Shown piece after piece: positions 31,287 to 43,218 of a stretch of 64,000 nucleotides of DNA. The notes below the pieces were generated by a model. The model saw nothing but the letters and a program-made list of their open reading frames with translations. It was not told where the DNA came from and searched no databases. The DNA lies in the NCBI GenBank assembly GCA_963704725.1, contig OY969934.1:2656001-2720000 (forward strand), in the 5' to 3' direction. The stretch is from an uncultured Actinomycetes bacterium (GTDB taxonomy: Bacteria > Actinomycetota > UBA4738 > HRBIN12). The stretch's first letter is position 1; every line of letters begins with the position of its first letter. The translations under genes were made by a program, and so were the position numbers.

Positions 31287-32434
31287 ACGAGCGTGAGCTC
31301 GCCGAGCGCGTGCCGGGAGCTCCACGCCCGGAGGCTGCCCCGGTACAGCGCGCGTTCGTGGAAGGCGCCGTCGGGACGCAGACCCGCCGTGCCGCCGCAC
31401 CGGACGAACGCCTCCAGCAGCGGGGCAAGCTGCGTCCCGTACAGCTCCATGCACCGCTTGGGATGCACCCCCGGCCACGAGTAGCACGACACGACGGGTC
31501 GCCGCTCGCCGGTCGGGATCGCCGAAGGGAGCGCGTCCCACGCCGGATCGTCCACCTCGAACACGTACCGGTCGAGGTTGCCCTGAGGGATCCCCTCGAT
31601 CCCCCGGACGGTCGGCGGGTGGGCCTCGAGTAGGTAGGGGTCCACGACCAGATCGCAGATCACCGCGTGCGCGGGGAGCCGGCCGAGCCAGGCGTTGACG
31701 ATCACCGGGACGGACGGATTGTCGCGCTGGGTGGCGTCGACGAGGATGTCGGTCACCTCGAGACGCTCGCGGAGGTACCCCTGGCTGCACGTGAGGTTGC
31801 GACCGATCGTCGTGACCTCGACGCCGGCCAGCCCGTATCGGCTGAGGAGACGGGAGCGCTGGACGTTGCCGTAGTGCGTCGCCGCGTCGACGGCGTGCCG
31901 GCCGATCTCGCCCGCCCCCATCACGGTGACGCGCACCGGGCCCCGCTCGCGGGAGGTGAGGAACGGCCAGGTACGCTCGAGCGTCTCGAACGCCGCCGCC
32001 AGCCCGTTCCAGGCCACCGCCCGACTGTTCACGACGAGACGCCGGCCCTCGTCGTCCTCGATCGAGTCGAGGCTGACGGCCTCCAGGCGGAGCTCCTCGA
32101 GCTCCAGCACCCTTGCGGGCCGCGTGGGGAAGTGGAGCATCGAGATCAGCGTCGAGCCGGGCTGGAGCCACTCGAACCGTCCCACGGGCGCGCGGAGCAC
32201 GAGCACGACGTCCTGCCGATAGACCAGGTCCTCGTCCACCACCCGCACGAGATCCGGGCACGCCGCGACGTAGTCGATGTCCGCGTAGCCCATGCCGGAC
32301 CCGATGCCGGACTCGACGGACACGCGGCAGCCGAGGCTCGCGAGCAGACCGACCAGGGGTGGAAGGAAGTCGCGACGCTCGCCTCGCTCCTTGTGCATCC
32401 GGGGGAATCCGAAGGTGAGGCCCGACAGACACAT
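31283..32434 (-). CDS. Alanine dehydrogenase / PNT-family NAD(P)-dependent oxidoreductase (divergent)
   Basis: 'PRMHKERGERR', 'VESGIGSGMG', 'MLH', Rossmann 'VMGAGEIG', 'AVICDLVVD'. Confidence 0.75.
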   Translation of the reverse strand: MCLSGLTFGFPRMHKERGERRDFLPPLVGLLASLGCRVSVESGIGSGMGYADIDYVAACPDLVRVVDEDLVYRQDVVLVLRAPVGRFEWLQPGSTLISMLHFPTRPARVLELEELRLEAVSLDSIEDDEGRRLVVNSRAVAWNGLAAAFETLERTWPFLTSRERGPVRVTVMGAGEIGRHAVDAATHYGNVQRSRLLSRYGLAGVEVTTIGRNLTCSQGYLRERLEVTDILVDATQRDNPSVPVIVNAWLGRLPAHAVICDLVVDPYLLEAHPPTVRGIEGIPQGNLDRYVFEVDDPAWDALPSAIPTGERRPVVSCYSWPGVHPKRCMELYGTQLAPLLEAFVRCGGTAGLRPDGAFHERALYRGSLRAWSSRHALGELTLV

Positions 32435-32574
32435 CGCGACGCTCCCTGGTGAGCGAAAGCCGCTTGGCCGTGATCGGCATTCACCGTAGGCCGATCCTCT
32501 TGATGCCGCCGGAGTCCATCGGCCCTCGCGCGCCGGGCCGGCCGTGTCCCGGGGGGCCTGGGTGCTGCGCCGGG

Positions 32575-32871
32575 TTACTGGACCGGCGGAGGGGGCGGCG
32601 GCGGCGTGGACCGAGGTGGCGGTTCGGTCGGTCCGGGTTCCTGCTCGACCGATGAGAGCGGCGCCGTCGAACCGGCGGCAACCGCCCGGCCGCGACCGAG
32701 CGGCGCCCACGCCGCCATGGCGAGCCCGAGCACGACGCCCGCGAGTGGGAGCCCGAAGAAGCTGATGTTGTCGAGCGGCCGGATCGAGAACTGCTGGAGC
32801 AGGACCGCCACGCCGACCCCGAGGAAGAACCCCGACACGCCACCCAGCCAGGGGCGTCCCCGGAACCTCAC
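32575..32871 (-). CDS. Small membrane protein
   Basis: Two hydrophobic helices and a Pro-rich tail; GTGA overlap with the upstream gene. Confidence 0.6.
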   Translation of the reverse strand: MRFRGRPWLGGVSGFFLGVGVAVLLQQFSIRPLDNISFFGLPLAGVVLGLAMAAWAPLGRGRAVAAGSTAPLSSVEQEPGPTEPPPRSTPPPPPPPVQ

Positions 32872-33437
32872 CGCACCGCCCTGGGCTTGCGGGCCGCGGC
32901 GGCGGCCCCGACCCCGGCCGCGGCGACGACCGTGACCCCGGCCGCGGCGACGCCGGGGATGGTGCCGAGCGGGTTGCCCTCGATCTTCACGTAGGCGAAC
33001 CCCTCGCAGGTCCCCCCTCGGCCCTCATGCGTCCCCGAGACGCGGAAGATGCCGACGATGTCGATCGGGAGCTTCGCGAGCGCGTCGTCGAGCGCATAGG
33101 TCCCGGTCTTCTCCACCTTCTCGTCGGCGTTCTCCCCCGACCAGTCCGCCACCGTGATGGGGATGGGTCCGACGTCGACGGCGATCGAGCCGTGGTGGTT
33201 CTTGATCACGACACCGCCCGTCGTCCCCGTGTACTGGACGACGATGCCGGATCCGTCCGGGATCAGGACCGGGTTCGAGGGCGTGTCGTTCGCGGGCGTG
33301 TACTTGACGCCCTGGATCGTCACGCTCCCGTCGCAGGGTCCGGTCGTGATGCTCGCGAAGGCAGGCGCGGCGAGCGCGAGCGACAGGCACCCCACGGACC
33401 ACACGACGGCCGCAGCGCGCGCGATCGTCCGCCGCAT
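32868..33437 (-). CDS. Secreted protein with C-terminal membrane anchor
   Basis: Signal peptide ending AFA, a beta-rich domain with 2 Cys, then a C-terminal hydrophobic helix and basic tail. Confidence 0.7.
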   Translation of the reverse strand: MRRTIARAAAVVWSVGCLSLALAAPAFASITTGPCDGSVTIQGVKYTPANDTPSNPVLIPDGSGIVVQYTGTTGGVVIKNHHGSIAVDVGPIPITVADWSGENADEKVEKTGTYALDDALAKLPIDIVGIFRVSGTHEGRGGTCEGFAYVKIEGNPLGTIPGVAAAGVTVVAAAGVGAAAAARKPRAVR

Positions 33438-33498
33438 CCGAGCTCCCCCCATCGCGAGGGCACCGTAGCCGCTTCTCGGTGGCCGAGCAAACCAGCGA

Positions 33499-36230
<2,732 letters not shown>

Positions 36231-36234
<4 letters not shown>

Positions 36235-36758
36235 GACGGTTCCATCGTCCCAGACCCGGTCGCCCGGACCTCGCGCCGGTGGCTGAGGATGGACTCCCGG
36301 TGCGCCAGCCGGGTCTCTCGACGCATCTTCGCCTCGGTCTGCCGGCGGCGCTGGATCTCGGTCTCGGCGACGAGCCGGGGCACGGGCCGGGGCCGGCCCT
36401 CCCGGCCGAGCGCCACGAACACGAGGTACGCGCTCGCGGTGTGCAGGCGCTCCCCCGAGACGACGTCTTCCACCTCGACGCGGACCCCCACCTCGATCGA
36501 GGTCGTGCCCACGTCGTTCACCGACGCCCGCACGGTCACCAGATCGCCGACGTGCACGGGGTGCAGGAACGACATCTCGTCGATCGTGACCGTCACGCAC
36601 ATGCCGCCGGCGTGCTTGATGGCGGCGAGCCCGGCGGCCGTATCGACCAGCTTCATCACCTCGCCGCCGTGCACGATCCCCGCGATGTTCGCGTGGGTGA
36701 TCTCCATGAGCTGGACCAGCGTGGTCTCGGAGTCGGCGACGCGCTTGGCCTCGGCCAT
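36231..36758 (-). CDS. Acyl-CoA thioesterase (hotdog fold)
   Basis: 'HANIAGIVHGG..MKLVD', 'FLHPVHVGD', 'GTTSIEVGV'. Confidence 0.9.
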
Positions 36759-36806
36759 GCGTCGAACCGTAGCAGGCGGGACCGGTACCATCGGAGCGTG
36801 CGGAGC

Positions 36807-37571
36807 GTGAGCCGGCGGGTGGCGCTCGCGGTCGCGCTCATGGCGGCGCTCTCCGCGTGCGGGGACTCGGGCACGGCTGCCACGACCACGCCGAGCCCGA
36901 AGGGAGAGCGTCCCTCGACCGCTCCTTCGTCCTCGACCTCTCCTTCGGAGGAAGCGGACCCGACGCCCTCGGTCGTCGCGTCGGCGCAGCCGCCGCCCGG
37001 ACGGTCCCGCTGCACGCTGGTCCTGGGGATGTCCGTCACCGCGAACTGGTTCCTGGATGGAGCGTTCGAATCCCGACCCGGCATCCTCGACGCCCGATGG
37101 GAGCTGATCTGGGAGAGCGGCTACGACGTGGGGCTGTTCGCCGATCCGAACGGCCTGCCGTACACGGACGCGCCGCTGTCGCCGTGCGCCGACCCCCCCG
37201 ACCGGGTGCTGTTCCAGATCGCGGCCTTCGATTGGCAGGACCCGGTCTCCGTCGAGGCGGAGCTGCGCTCCTCGATCGACAACATCCGTGCGACGTGGCC
37301 GACCCTCCGCACGATCGAGCTCATCCCGATCGTCGGTGGCCCGGGCGGGCGGCCGTGCGACGACCCGCGCGCGCCCGACAAGGGGATCCTGGCCTCGTAC
37401 ATGAACCCGCCCGTGGTCGATGCCATCGCGGCCGTGACGACGGGGGACGTCGTCGCCGGCCCCGACCTCCTCGTCGCCGACTGCTCCCAGTTCCGGGACG
37501 GAACCGGGCACCTCACGATCGACGGATCGAGCTACGTCGCGTCCGTGCTGGCGGACCACTACGGCTCGTGA
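36807..37571 (+). CDS. Lipoprotein, possible SGNH-hydrolase-like fold
   Basis: Lipobox LSAC, S/T/P linker, 'LVLGMSVT' and C-terminal 'DGTGHLT'. Confidence 0.6.
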   Translation: MSRRVALAVALMAALSACGDSGTAATTTPSPKGERPSTAPSSSTSPSEEADPTPSVVASAQPPPGRSRCTLVLGMSVTANWFLDGAFESRPGILDARWELIWESGYDVGLFADPNGLPYTDAPLSPCADPPDRVLFQIAAFDWQDPVSVEAELRSSIDNIRATWPTLRTIELIPIVGGPGGRPCDDPRAPDKGILASYMNPPVVDAIAAVTTGDVVAGPDLLVADCSQFRDGTGHLTIDGSSYVASVLADHYGS

Positions 37572-38359
37572 GGCGGTCGGGGGCGCTCCTCACGCTCGTG
37601 CTGACCCTGGGCCTGCTCGCGGCCTGCGATCGTTCCGGCGGTGACGCAGCCTCGCCGACCCCCGCGTCCTCCCCAAGTCCGAGCCCCTCGGTACCGAACC
37701 CTACGACGGGTCCGCCGCCCACGCCCACCCCCACGCCGAACCCGACGGTGAGCCCGACCCCCTCCCCGGTGCTGCACCTGCCCCCGGACGCCCCCACGAC
37801 CTACGACGGCACGCTGACCGACGACCTCGCGCCGCTCGCACCGCCCGGCGCGACCCTGACGTCGACGGCGAGCTTCTCAACCCCCGAGGATCCGGTCGAT
37901 CTGGTGGCGTTCGCCTGGCGGCGCGGAGATCCGTTCGCCGGCGAGCTCGGCTTCTCCGTGTGGCAGCGCTTCGAGGACTCCCCGGCCTGGCGGGCGGTGT
38001 CGGCGTTCACCGACGGACCCGCCAAGGGCGTCCTCGGGATCACGTTCGGGGCGGCGGACCTGACCGGGGACGGAATCTCGGACTTCCTCACCCGGGAGGA
38101 CCGCGGCGGCAGCGGCGCCTGCGCCACGTGGAGGGTGCTCAGCCCGGCCCAGGGCACCGCGACCCAGGTCTTCCGCCACGGCGGGTGCGACACGTCGATC
38201 GAGCTCGGCGAAGGCGCGTCGCTCACGGTCCGAGAGGCCGTGTTCGAGCCCGGCGACTCCCACTGCTGCCCGAGCGCGTTCCGGACGACGACGCTGGAGT
38301 GGGATGGTTCCGCGTTCGTCGAGACGGACGTCGTCGAGTCACCGGCCCCGAGCCCCTAA
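37568..38359 (+). CDS. Lipoprotein with Pro/Thr linker and CCPS motif
   Basis: Lipobox LAAC, PT-rich linker, 'DLTGDG', 'GGSG', 'DSHCCPS'. The stop TAA is completed by the IS110 left end. Confidence 0.7.
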   Translation: MRRSGALLTLVLTLGLLAACDRSGGDAASPTPASSPSPSPSVPNPTTGPPPTPTPTPNPTVSPTPSPVLHLPPDAPTTYDGTLTDDLAPLAPPGATLTSTASFSTPEDPVDLVAFAWRRGDPFAGELGFSVWQRFEDSPAWRAVSAFTDGPAKGVLGITFGAADLTGDGISDFLTREDRGGSGACATWRVLSPAQGTATQVFRHGGCDTSIELGEGASLTVREAVFEPGDSHCCPSAFRTTTLEWDGSAFVETDVVESPAPSP

Positions 38360-38399
38360 TGGGACCCGACGGCGTGCGTTGGGGCATGCTGTCCCTGAG

Positions 38400-38535
38400 C
38401 CGCCGGCGGGTGAGCACTGCTGAGCCCAGAGCCCTCAAGCTCTACGTCTAGATCGTGCCCCCACCGGTTGGCGAGGGGGTCTGACGGCTGGTGGGATGGC
38501 GTGCCTCGAGCACTGATCCATTAGGTCGCCGCGTA
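38400..38535 (+). ncRNA. Putative IS110 bridge RNA (target- and donor-binding loops); boundaries approximate
   Basis: Four guide segments match the insertion site and the element's own ends, and each pair flanks a small hairpin (details in findings). Confidence 0.8.
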
Positions 38536-38572
38536 CCTCCTCCGGGCTCAGCGGCCCCGGAAAGGAGGAGTC

Positions 38573-39787
38573 GTGATCTTCGTCGGCATCGATTGGGCCG
38601 AGGCGCGCCACGACGTCTGCGTGCTCGATGATCAAGGGCACGTCGTGGCCAAGGGGCGAGTGCCTGACGGCGTGGAGGGCCTCGGCCTCCTGCACGCCAT
38701 GGTGGCCGATCACGCGGAGGACCCGACCGAGGTGGTGGTCGGTATCGAGCTCGACCGTGGACTGCTGGTGGGATCTCTCGTCGAGAGTGGCTACCACGTC
38801 TACGCGGTCAATCCCTTCTCGGTCTCGAGGTACCGCGATCGCCACGCGACCTCCGGCGCCAAGTCCGACCCGGGCGATGCGAAGGTCCTCGCCGATCTCG
38901 TACGCACCGATCGGCAGAACCACCGGGAGGTGGCCGGCGACACCGAGCTCGCCGAGGCAATCAAGGTGCTCGCCCGGGCGCATCAGTCGTTCGTCTGGTC
39001 GCGCCAGCGGCAGGTGAACCAGCTCCGGAGCATGCTTCGAGAGTTCTACCCGGGTGCGCTGCAGGCGCTGAGCGGTGATCTTTCTTCCCACGAGGCGTGC
39101 AGCATCTTGGGAATGGCCCCCACGCCTGAGTTGGGACGACGTCTCACGCGCTCGAGGATCCGGCGCTCCCTCGCTGGCTCTGGTCGCTCACGCAACCTCG
39201 ATCGGAAGGCGGAGCAGATCTATGAGGCCCTGCATGCTCCTCAGCTGGAGGCCCCGTCTGTGCTGGCCGAGGCCTACGGGGAGGTCGTCGGCTCGCTCGT
39301 GCTCGTGATCGATCGCCTCACGCACCAGATCGGACAGCTGGAGCGCCAGCTCGCCCAGCGTTTTGAAGGTCACCCGGACGCCGAGATCCTGCGCAGTCTT
39401 CCCGGACTCGGCCTGATCCTCGGCGCCCGGGTGCTGGCGGAGTTCGGGGACGACCCGACCCGCTACGAAGATGCTAGGGCGAGGAGGTGCTATGCGGGAA
39501 GCGCCCCGGTCACCAGGGCTTCGGGAAAGCGGCTCGTCGTGCTGGCCCGGGTGGCTCGCAACCGCCGCCTCGCCGACGCCTGTTACCTCTGGGCCTTCTC
39601 CGCGCTCAGTGCCTCGCCGGGCGCTCGTCGCTACTACGACGCCCGACGGGCTCGAGGAGCCACCCACCACCAGGCGCTGCGCGCGCTCTCGAACCGCCTC
39701 GTCGGCGTCCTTCACGGGTGCCTCCGACACCGGAGTCACTACTGCGAGGAGATCGCTTGGCCAGGCTCGCTCGATGCCGCGGTTTGA
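38573..39787 (+). CDS. IS110 family transposase / recombinase
   Basis: DEDD RuvC-like residues (GIDWA, GIE, KSDPGDA) and C-terminal 'YAGSAPVTRASG' with the catalytic Ser; RBS AAAGGAGGAG. Confidence 0.95.
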   Translation: MIFVGIDWAEARHDVCVLDDQGHVVAKGRVPDGVEGLGLLHAMVADHAEDPTEVVVGIELDRGLLVGSLVESGYHVYAVNPFSVSRYRDRHATSGAKSDPGDAKVLADLVRTDRQNHREVAGDTELAEAIKVLARAHQSFVWSRQRQVNQLRSMLREFYPGALQALSGDLSSHEACSILGMAPTPELGRRLTRSRIRRSLAGSGRSRNLDRKAEQIYEALHAPQLEAPSVLAEAYGEVVGSLVLVIDRLTHQIGQLERQLAQRFEGHPDAEILRSLPGLGLILGARVLAEFGDDPTRYEDARARRCYAGSAPVTRASGKRLVVLARVARNRRLADACYLWAFSALSASPGARRYYDARRARGATHHQALRALSNRLVGVLHGCLRHRSHYCEEIAWPGSLDAAV

Positions 39788-39808
39788 CGTCTTCGGGCCG
39801 TGGGATGT

Positions 39809-42091
39809 CTAGACGAGCACGGCCGTGCTCCGGCGCCGCCCCGTCTTCTGCACCAGGATCGAGGCGGGGAACTGGTCCTTCACCCGCTCGGCGTGCGTGA
39901 TCACGAAGAGCTGGTGGAAGCGCGACGCGAGCCTGCCGAGCGCGAGGACCATGAGGTCCTTGCGCTCCTCGTCGAGCGAGGCGAGGACCTCATCGAGCAC
40001 CATCATGCCGACGTCGGCGCCCGAGACACGGGAAAGGTGCGTCGAGATCGCCACCCGCAGGGCGAGGTTGGCGAGGTCGGTCTCGGAGCCCGAGAACCGC
40101 CCGATCGGGAAGTACGTGTCGCCGTCGGCGATCTGGATCGACAGGGTCTCCTCGTCGACCCGGAGGTCGTCGTACTCGTGGTTGGTGAGCTCGCGGAACA
40201 GCGACTCGGCCTCTCGGGAGAGCTCGGGGCCGACGCGCCCCACGAGGTGGTCGCGGAACCCGTCCAGGAGCATCGCCACGCGCTCGACGTAGCGAGCCTC
40301 CGACCGCAGCTCCTCGACCTTCGCCTGGATCTCCCTCGCGCGCTCCAGACCCGCGGCGAGCTCGGCCGCTCGCTTCTCGGCGTCCTTGCGCGCGTCGCTC
40401 GCGGTCCGTTCGGCCGCGCGAGCGGCCTCCAGGATGGCGGAAGCCTCCTCGCAGGCCGAGCGGAGCCGCTCGTGCTCGCCCTGGTCGAAGGCCAACCCCT
40501 CGGCCTCCTCGGCGAGCGCGGCCAGCTCGTCCTCGAGCGCGCCCAGGCCGTCCTCCGCCGCCGCCAGGTCGCCCGTCGCGGTCTCGAGATGCTTGCGCTC
40601 GACCCCGAGCTCGGCGACCCGCGCGGCGAGCTCCCTGGCCCGGCCCGCCCGCGCTCGGACCTCGTCCACGTCGGGGATCTCCTGCCCGAACGGCTCGCCG
40701 AGCAGCACGACCTCGGCCCGCATCGTGGCGACCCCCTCGGTCAGCCGCGACCTCGCAGCGCCGGCCTCCCGGGCGGCCCGGCCCGCCACCGCGGCGACAC
40801 GGTGCGCCCGCTCCGCCCGGTCGAGATCGGCGGCCGCGCGCTTCGACGTCCCGTCCGCGGCCTTCGCCGCCTTCGCCGCGTCGGCCGCCGCCGCCCGGCA
40901 GTGCCTCACGTAGTCGGCGAAGTCCGAGCCGAGGGGACGGCCGCACGTGGGGCACGGCTGCTCCGGATCCGCCTCCGCCGTGTGCGCCAGCCGCTCCTCG
41001 GCCTCCCCGAGCGCGGCTTGGCGCTGCCCCAGCTCCGCCTGCGCTTCGGCGGCGGACGTCCGTGCCGCGGCGAGGGCGGCGTCGGCCTCCTCGAGCCCCG
41101 CCTCGGCGGCCTCGACGTCGGGCTCCGGCTGCCCGGCGAGCTCGAGCTCCGCAGCCGCCAGCCGCTCGGAGGCCTCGGCCAGCCGGGTCGCCGCACGCAA
41201 CCGCTCCTCCACGTCGCCGAGCTCTCGCAGCTCCTCGTCCAGCGCCGGAAGGTCCTCCAGGTCGGCGGCCAGCACGTCGACCCGCTGGACCAGCGCGTCT
41301 CGCCGCTCGACGAGCGCGTCGCGCTGCTCGACCTTGCCGGCCAGGCGAACCGTGAGCTTCTCGACGCGCTCGCGAACGGCGTCAAGGTCGGCGAACGCCC
41401 GATCCGCAGCCCGGGCGGCCGCGGTGGCCGTGCGCAGCTCTGCCGCGGCGGCGGTCGATAGCTTCTTCGCCTCGCCCGCCGCTTCTTTCGCGTCCTTCAG
41501 CTCCGCCTCGAGCGCCGCGAGGTCGCCCACCGCCTCCGCCAGCTGGACCGCGCCGGCCTTCGCGGTCCGGGACTCCCGGCGGGCGGCGGCCCTCGCGTCG
41601 TCGACGGGCTTGATGCCGAGCAGCCGAAGCGCCATCTCCTTGCGCTTGCCCGGCGTCACCTCCGAGAACGCGTCGAGCTGCTTCTGCTCCGCATAGACGG
41701 AGGCCTTGAAGATCGGCAGCTCCATGTGCAGGAGGCGACGGACCTCGGCGTCGACGTCGGTGGTGCCCGAGGCGAGCAGGAGGTCGCCGCCCGAGAGCTC
41801 GGCCTCGGGCGTGTGGCCGCGGCCCTTGAGCGAGCGCCGAACCTCGTAGTGCTGCCCGGCGTGCTCAAACACGAGGCGGATCTCGCAGTCGGTGAGGACG
41901 CCGTGGGTGCGGATGGCCTGCTTCTCCGTCCGCGCGGCCTTCACCCCGTACAGGGCTAAGGCGATGGCCTCCAGGAGGGAGCTCTTCCCGCTTCCGTTCT
42001 CGCCGAACACGCCGATCACCCGCGCCGGGAGCTCGAGGTCGACCTCCTCGAACACACGGTAGTTGCGCAGCGACAGCTCCAGGACCCTCAC
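39809..42091 (-). CDS. Rad50/SbcC-type SMC ATPase
   Basis: Walker A 'GENGSGKSS', Q-loop, coiled coil with zinc hook 'CPTCGRPL', signature 'FSGSE', Walker B 'MVLDE..SLD', 'ITH'. Confidence 0.92.
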   Translation of the reverse strand: MRVLELSLRNYRVFEEVDLELPARVIGVFGENGSGKSSLLEAIALALYGVKAARTEKQAIRTHGVLTDCEIRLVFEHAGQHYEVRRSLKGRGHTPEAELSGGDLLLASGTTDVDAEVRRLLHMELPIFKASVYAEQKQLDAFSEVTPGKRKEMALRLLGIKPVDDARAAARRESRTAKAGAVQLAEAVGDLAALEAELKDAKEAAGEAKKLSTAAAAELRTATAAARAADRAFADLDAVRERVEKLTVRLAGKVEQRDALVERRDALVQRVDVLAADLEDLPALDEELRELGDVEERLRAATRLAEASERLAAAELELAGQPEPDVEAAEAGLEEADAALAAARTSAAEAQAELGQRQAALGEAEERLAHTAEADPEQPCPTCGRPLGSDFADYVRHCRAAAADAAKAAKAADGTSKRAAADLDRAERAHRVAAVAGRAAREAGAARSRLTEGVATMRAEVVLLGEPFGQEIPDVDEVRARAGRARELAARVAELGVERKHLETATGDLAAAEDGLGALEDELAALAEEAEGLAFDQGEHERLRSACEEASAILEAARAAERTASDARKDAEKRAAELAAGLERAREIQAKVEELRSEARYVERVAMLLDGFRDHLVGRVGPELSREAESLFRELTNHEYDDLRVDEETLSIQIADGDTYFPIGRFSGSETDLANLALRVAISTHLSRVSGADVGMMVLDEVLASLDEERKDLMVLALGRLASRFHQLFVITHAERVKDQFPASILVQKTGRRRSTAVLV

Positions 42092-43218
42092 ACGGCCTCC
42101 CCGCGCGCGTCGTCGAGGAACCGGGCGCCGAGCGAGACCACCCGTTCGCGCTCGAGCCCGGCGAGGTCTTGGATCTCGACGTATGCCGCCCACTCGCTCT
42201 CGAGCGATCCCACCGTCGGGCCGCCCTGGACCGCGAGCGCCTCGGCCCCGAAGTCGGGCTCCACCTGGACCCACAGGGCGCCGGGCACGGCCTCCTGGAA
42301 CTGGTCGTTCACCACCTGCCGGTACGACGCGGGGTCCACCTCGTTCAGGAAGACGCGGACGACGGCGCCCTCGGGCGTGCCGCGCGTCGCCCGATCGACG
42401 GCGTCGACGAGCTCGCCGGCGGACAGCCCCGCGGCCGGGACGGAGGCCGTCACCAGGGGGCGCTCGCCCGGGTTCGGCACGTGCTCCACCTTCCCGGTGT
42501 CCGTGTCGACCACGACGATCCCCTTGGGGGTCTCGGGCGAATCGGCGAAGGAGAAGGTGTCGGTCGATCCCGCGTACCAGGTCCGCCGCGAGGCCCTCTG
42601 GAGCGCGTGGTAGTGGCCGAGGACCAGGAGGTCGAACCGGCGGTCGAACGCCGACTCCTCCACCTCGATCTCGTTGATGTCCGGGTACGCCCCGGCCGGG
42701 ATCGACGTCAGCGCGACGTGGGCGATGAGCAGGTTAGTGGCATCCGCCGACGCCCGCCCGGCCGCCAGGTCGAGCTGGGTCCGGAAATCGCCGCCGCCGA
42801 GCGTCTGGGGCACCGCGTGGACGGCGACGCCGGCGAGCTCGGCCAGGACGGACTCCATGCGCCACGCGAACGTGACGCCCGGGAACACCCGCTCCAGCGC
42901 GTCGTACGGAGAGCCCGTCCCGCGGACGCGGGGCGTGTCGTGGTTCCCGCTGATGGCGACGCCGCGCAGGCCGGCGTCGGCCAGCCGTTGCAGACCGGCC
43001 AGGACGTGCGCGAACGTGCGGTACGTGGGACGCGCGTGATCGAACACGTCGCCGAGCCACAGGAACCCGTCGGGCTCGAGGCGGATCGTCTCGTCGACGG
43101 CCCAGGCGAACGAGTGGAGGAAGTCCTCCTCGCGGACGTTGCGGCCCCGATCGTCCCGCAGGTGCGCGAGGTGCGAGCGCCCGAGGTGCGCGTCGCCGAG
43201 CGCGACGAGCCTCGTCAT
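42088..43218 (-). CDS. Mre11/SbcD-type metallophosphoesterase nuclease
   Basis: 'GDAHLG', 'GDVFD', 'GNHD', 'LGHYH', 'YAGS'. Confidence 0.92.
   Translation of the reverse strand: MTRLVALGDAHLGRSHLAHLRDDRGRNVREEDFLHSFAWAVDETIRLEPDGFLWLGDVFDHARPTYRTFAHVLAGLQRLADAGLRGVAISGNHDTPRVRGTGSPYDALERVFPGVTFAWRMESVLAELAGVAVHAVPQTLGGGDFRTQLDLAAGRASADATNLLIAHVALTSIPAGAYPDINEIEVEESAFDRRFDLLVLGHYHALQRASRRTWYAGSTDTFSFADSPETPKGIVVVDTDTGKVEHVPNPGERPLVTASVPAAGLSAGELVDAVDRATRGTPEGAVVRVFLNEVDPASYRQVVNDQFQEAVPGALWVQVEPDFGAEALAVQGGPTVGSLESEWAAYVEIQDLAGLERERVVSLGARFLDDARGEAV

Larger units (their letters stand above)
38356..39810 (+). mobile_element. IS110-family insertion sequence (bridge recombinase type), CT core at both ends
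   Basis: Junctions ...GAGCCC-CT|AATGGG... and ...GGGATGT-CT|AGACG...; no terminal inverted repeats; about 215 nt non-coding left end plus transposase. Confidence 0.88.

Noticed and set aside
38446-39813. GTCTAGA direct repeat as the IS110 boundaries or target-site duplication
   Set aside because: The left copy is better explained as the bridge-RNA right target guide. Donor-guide matches place the true left end at the CT at 38356-57.
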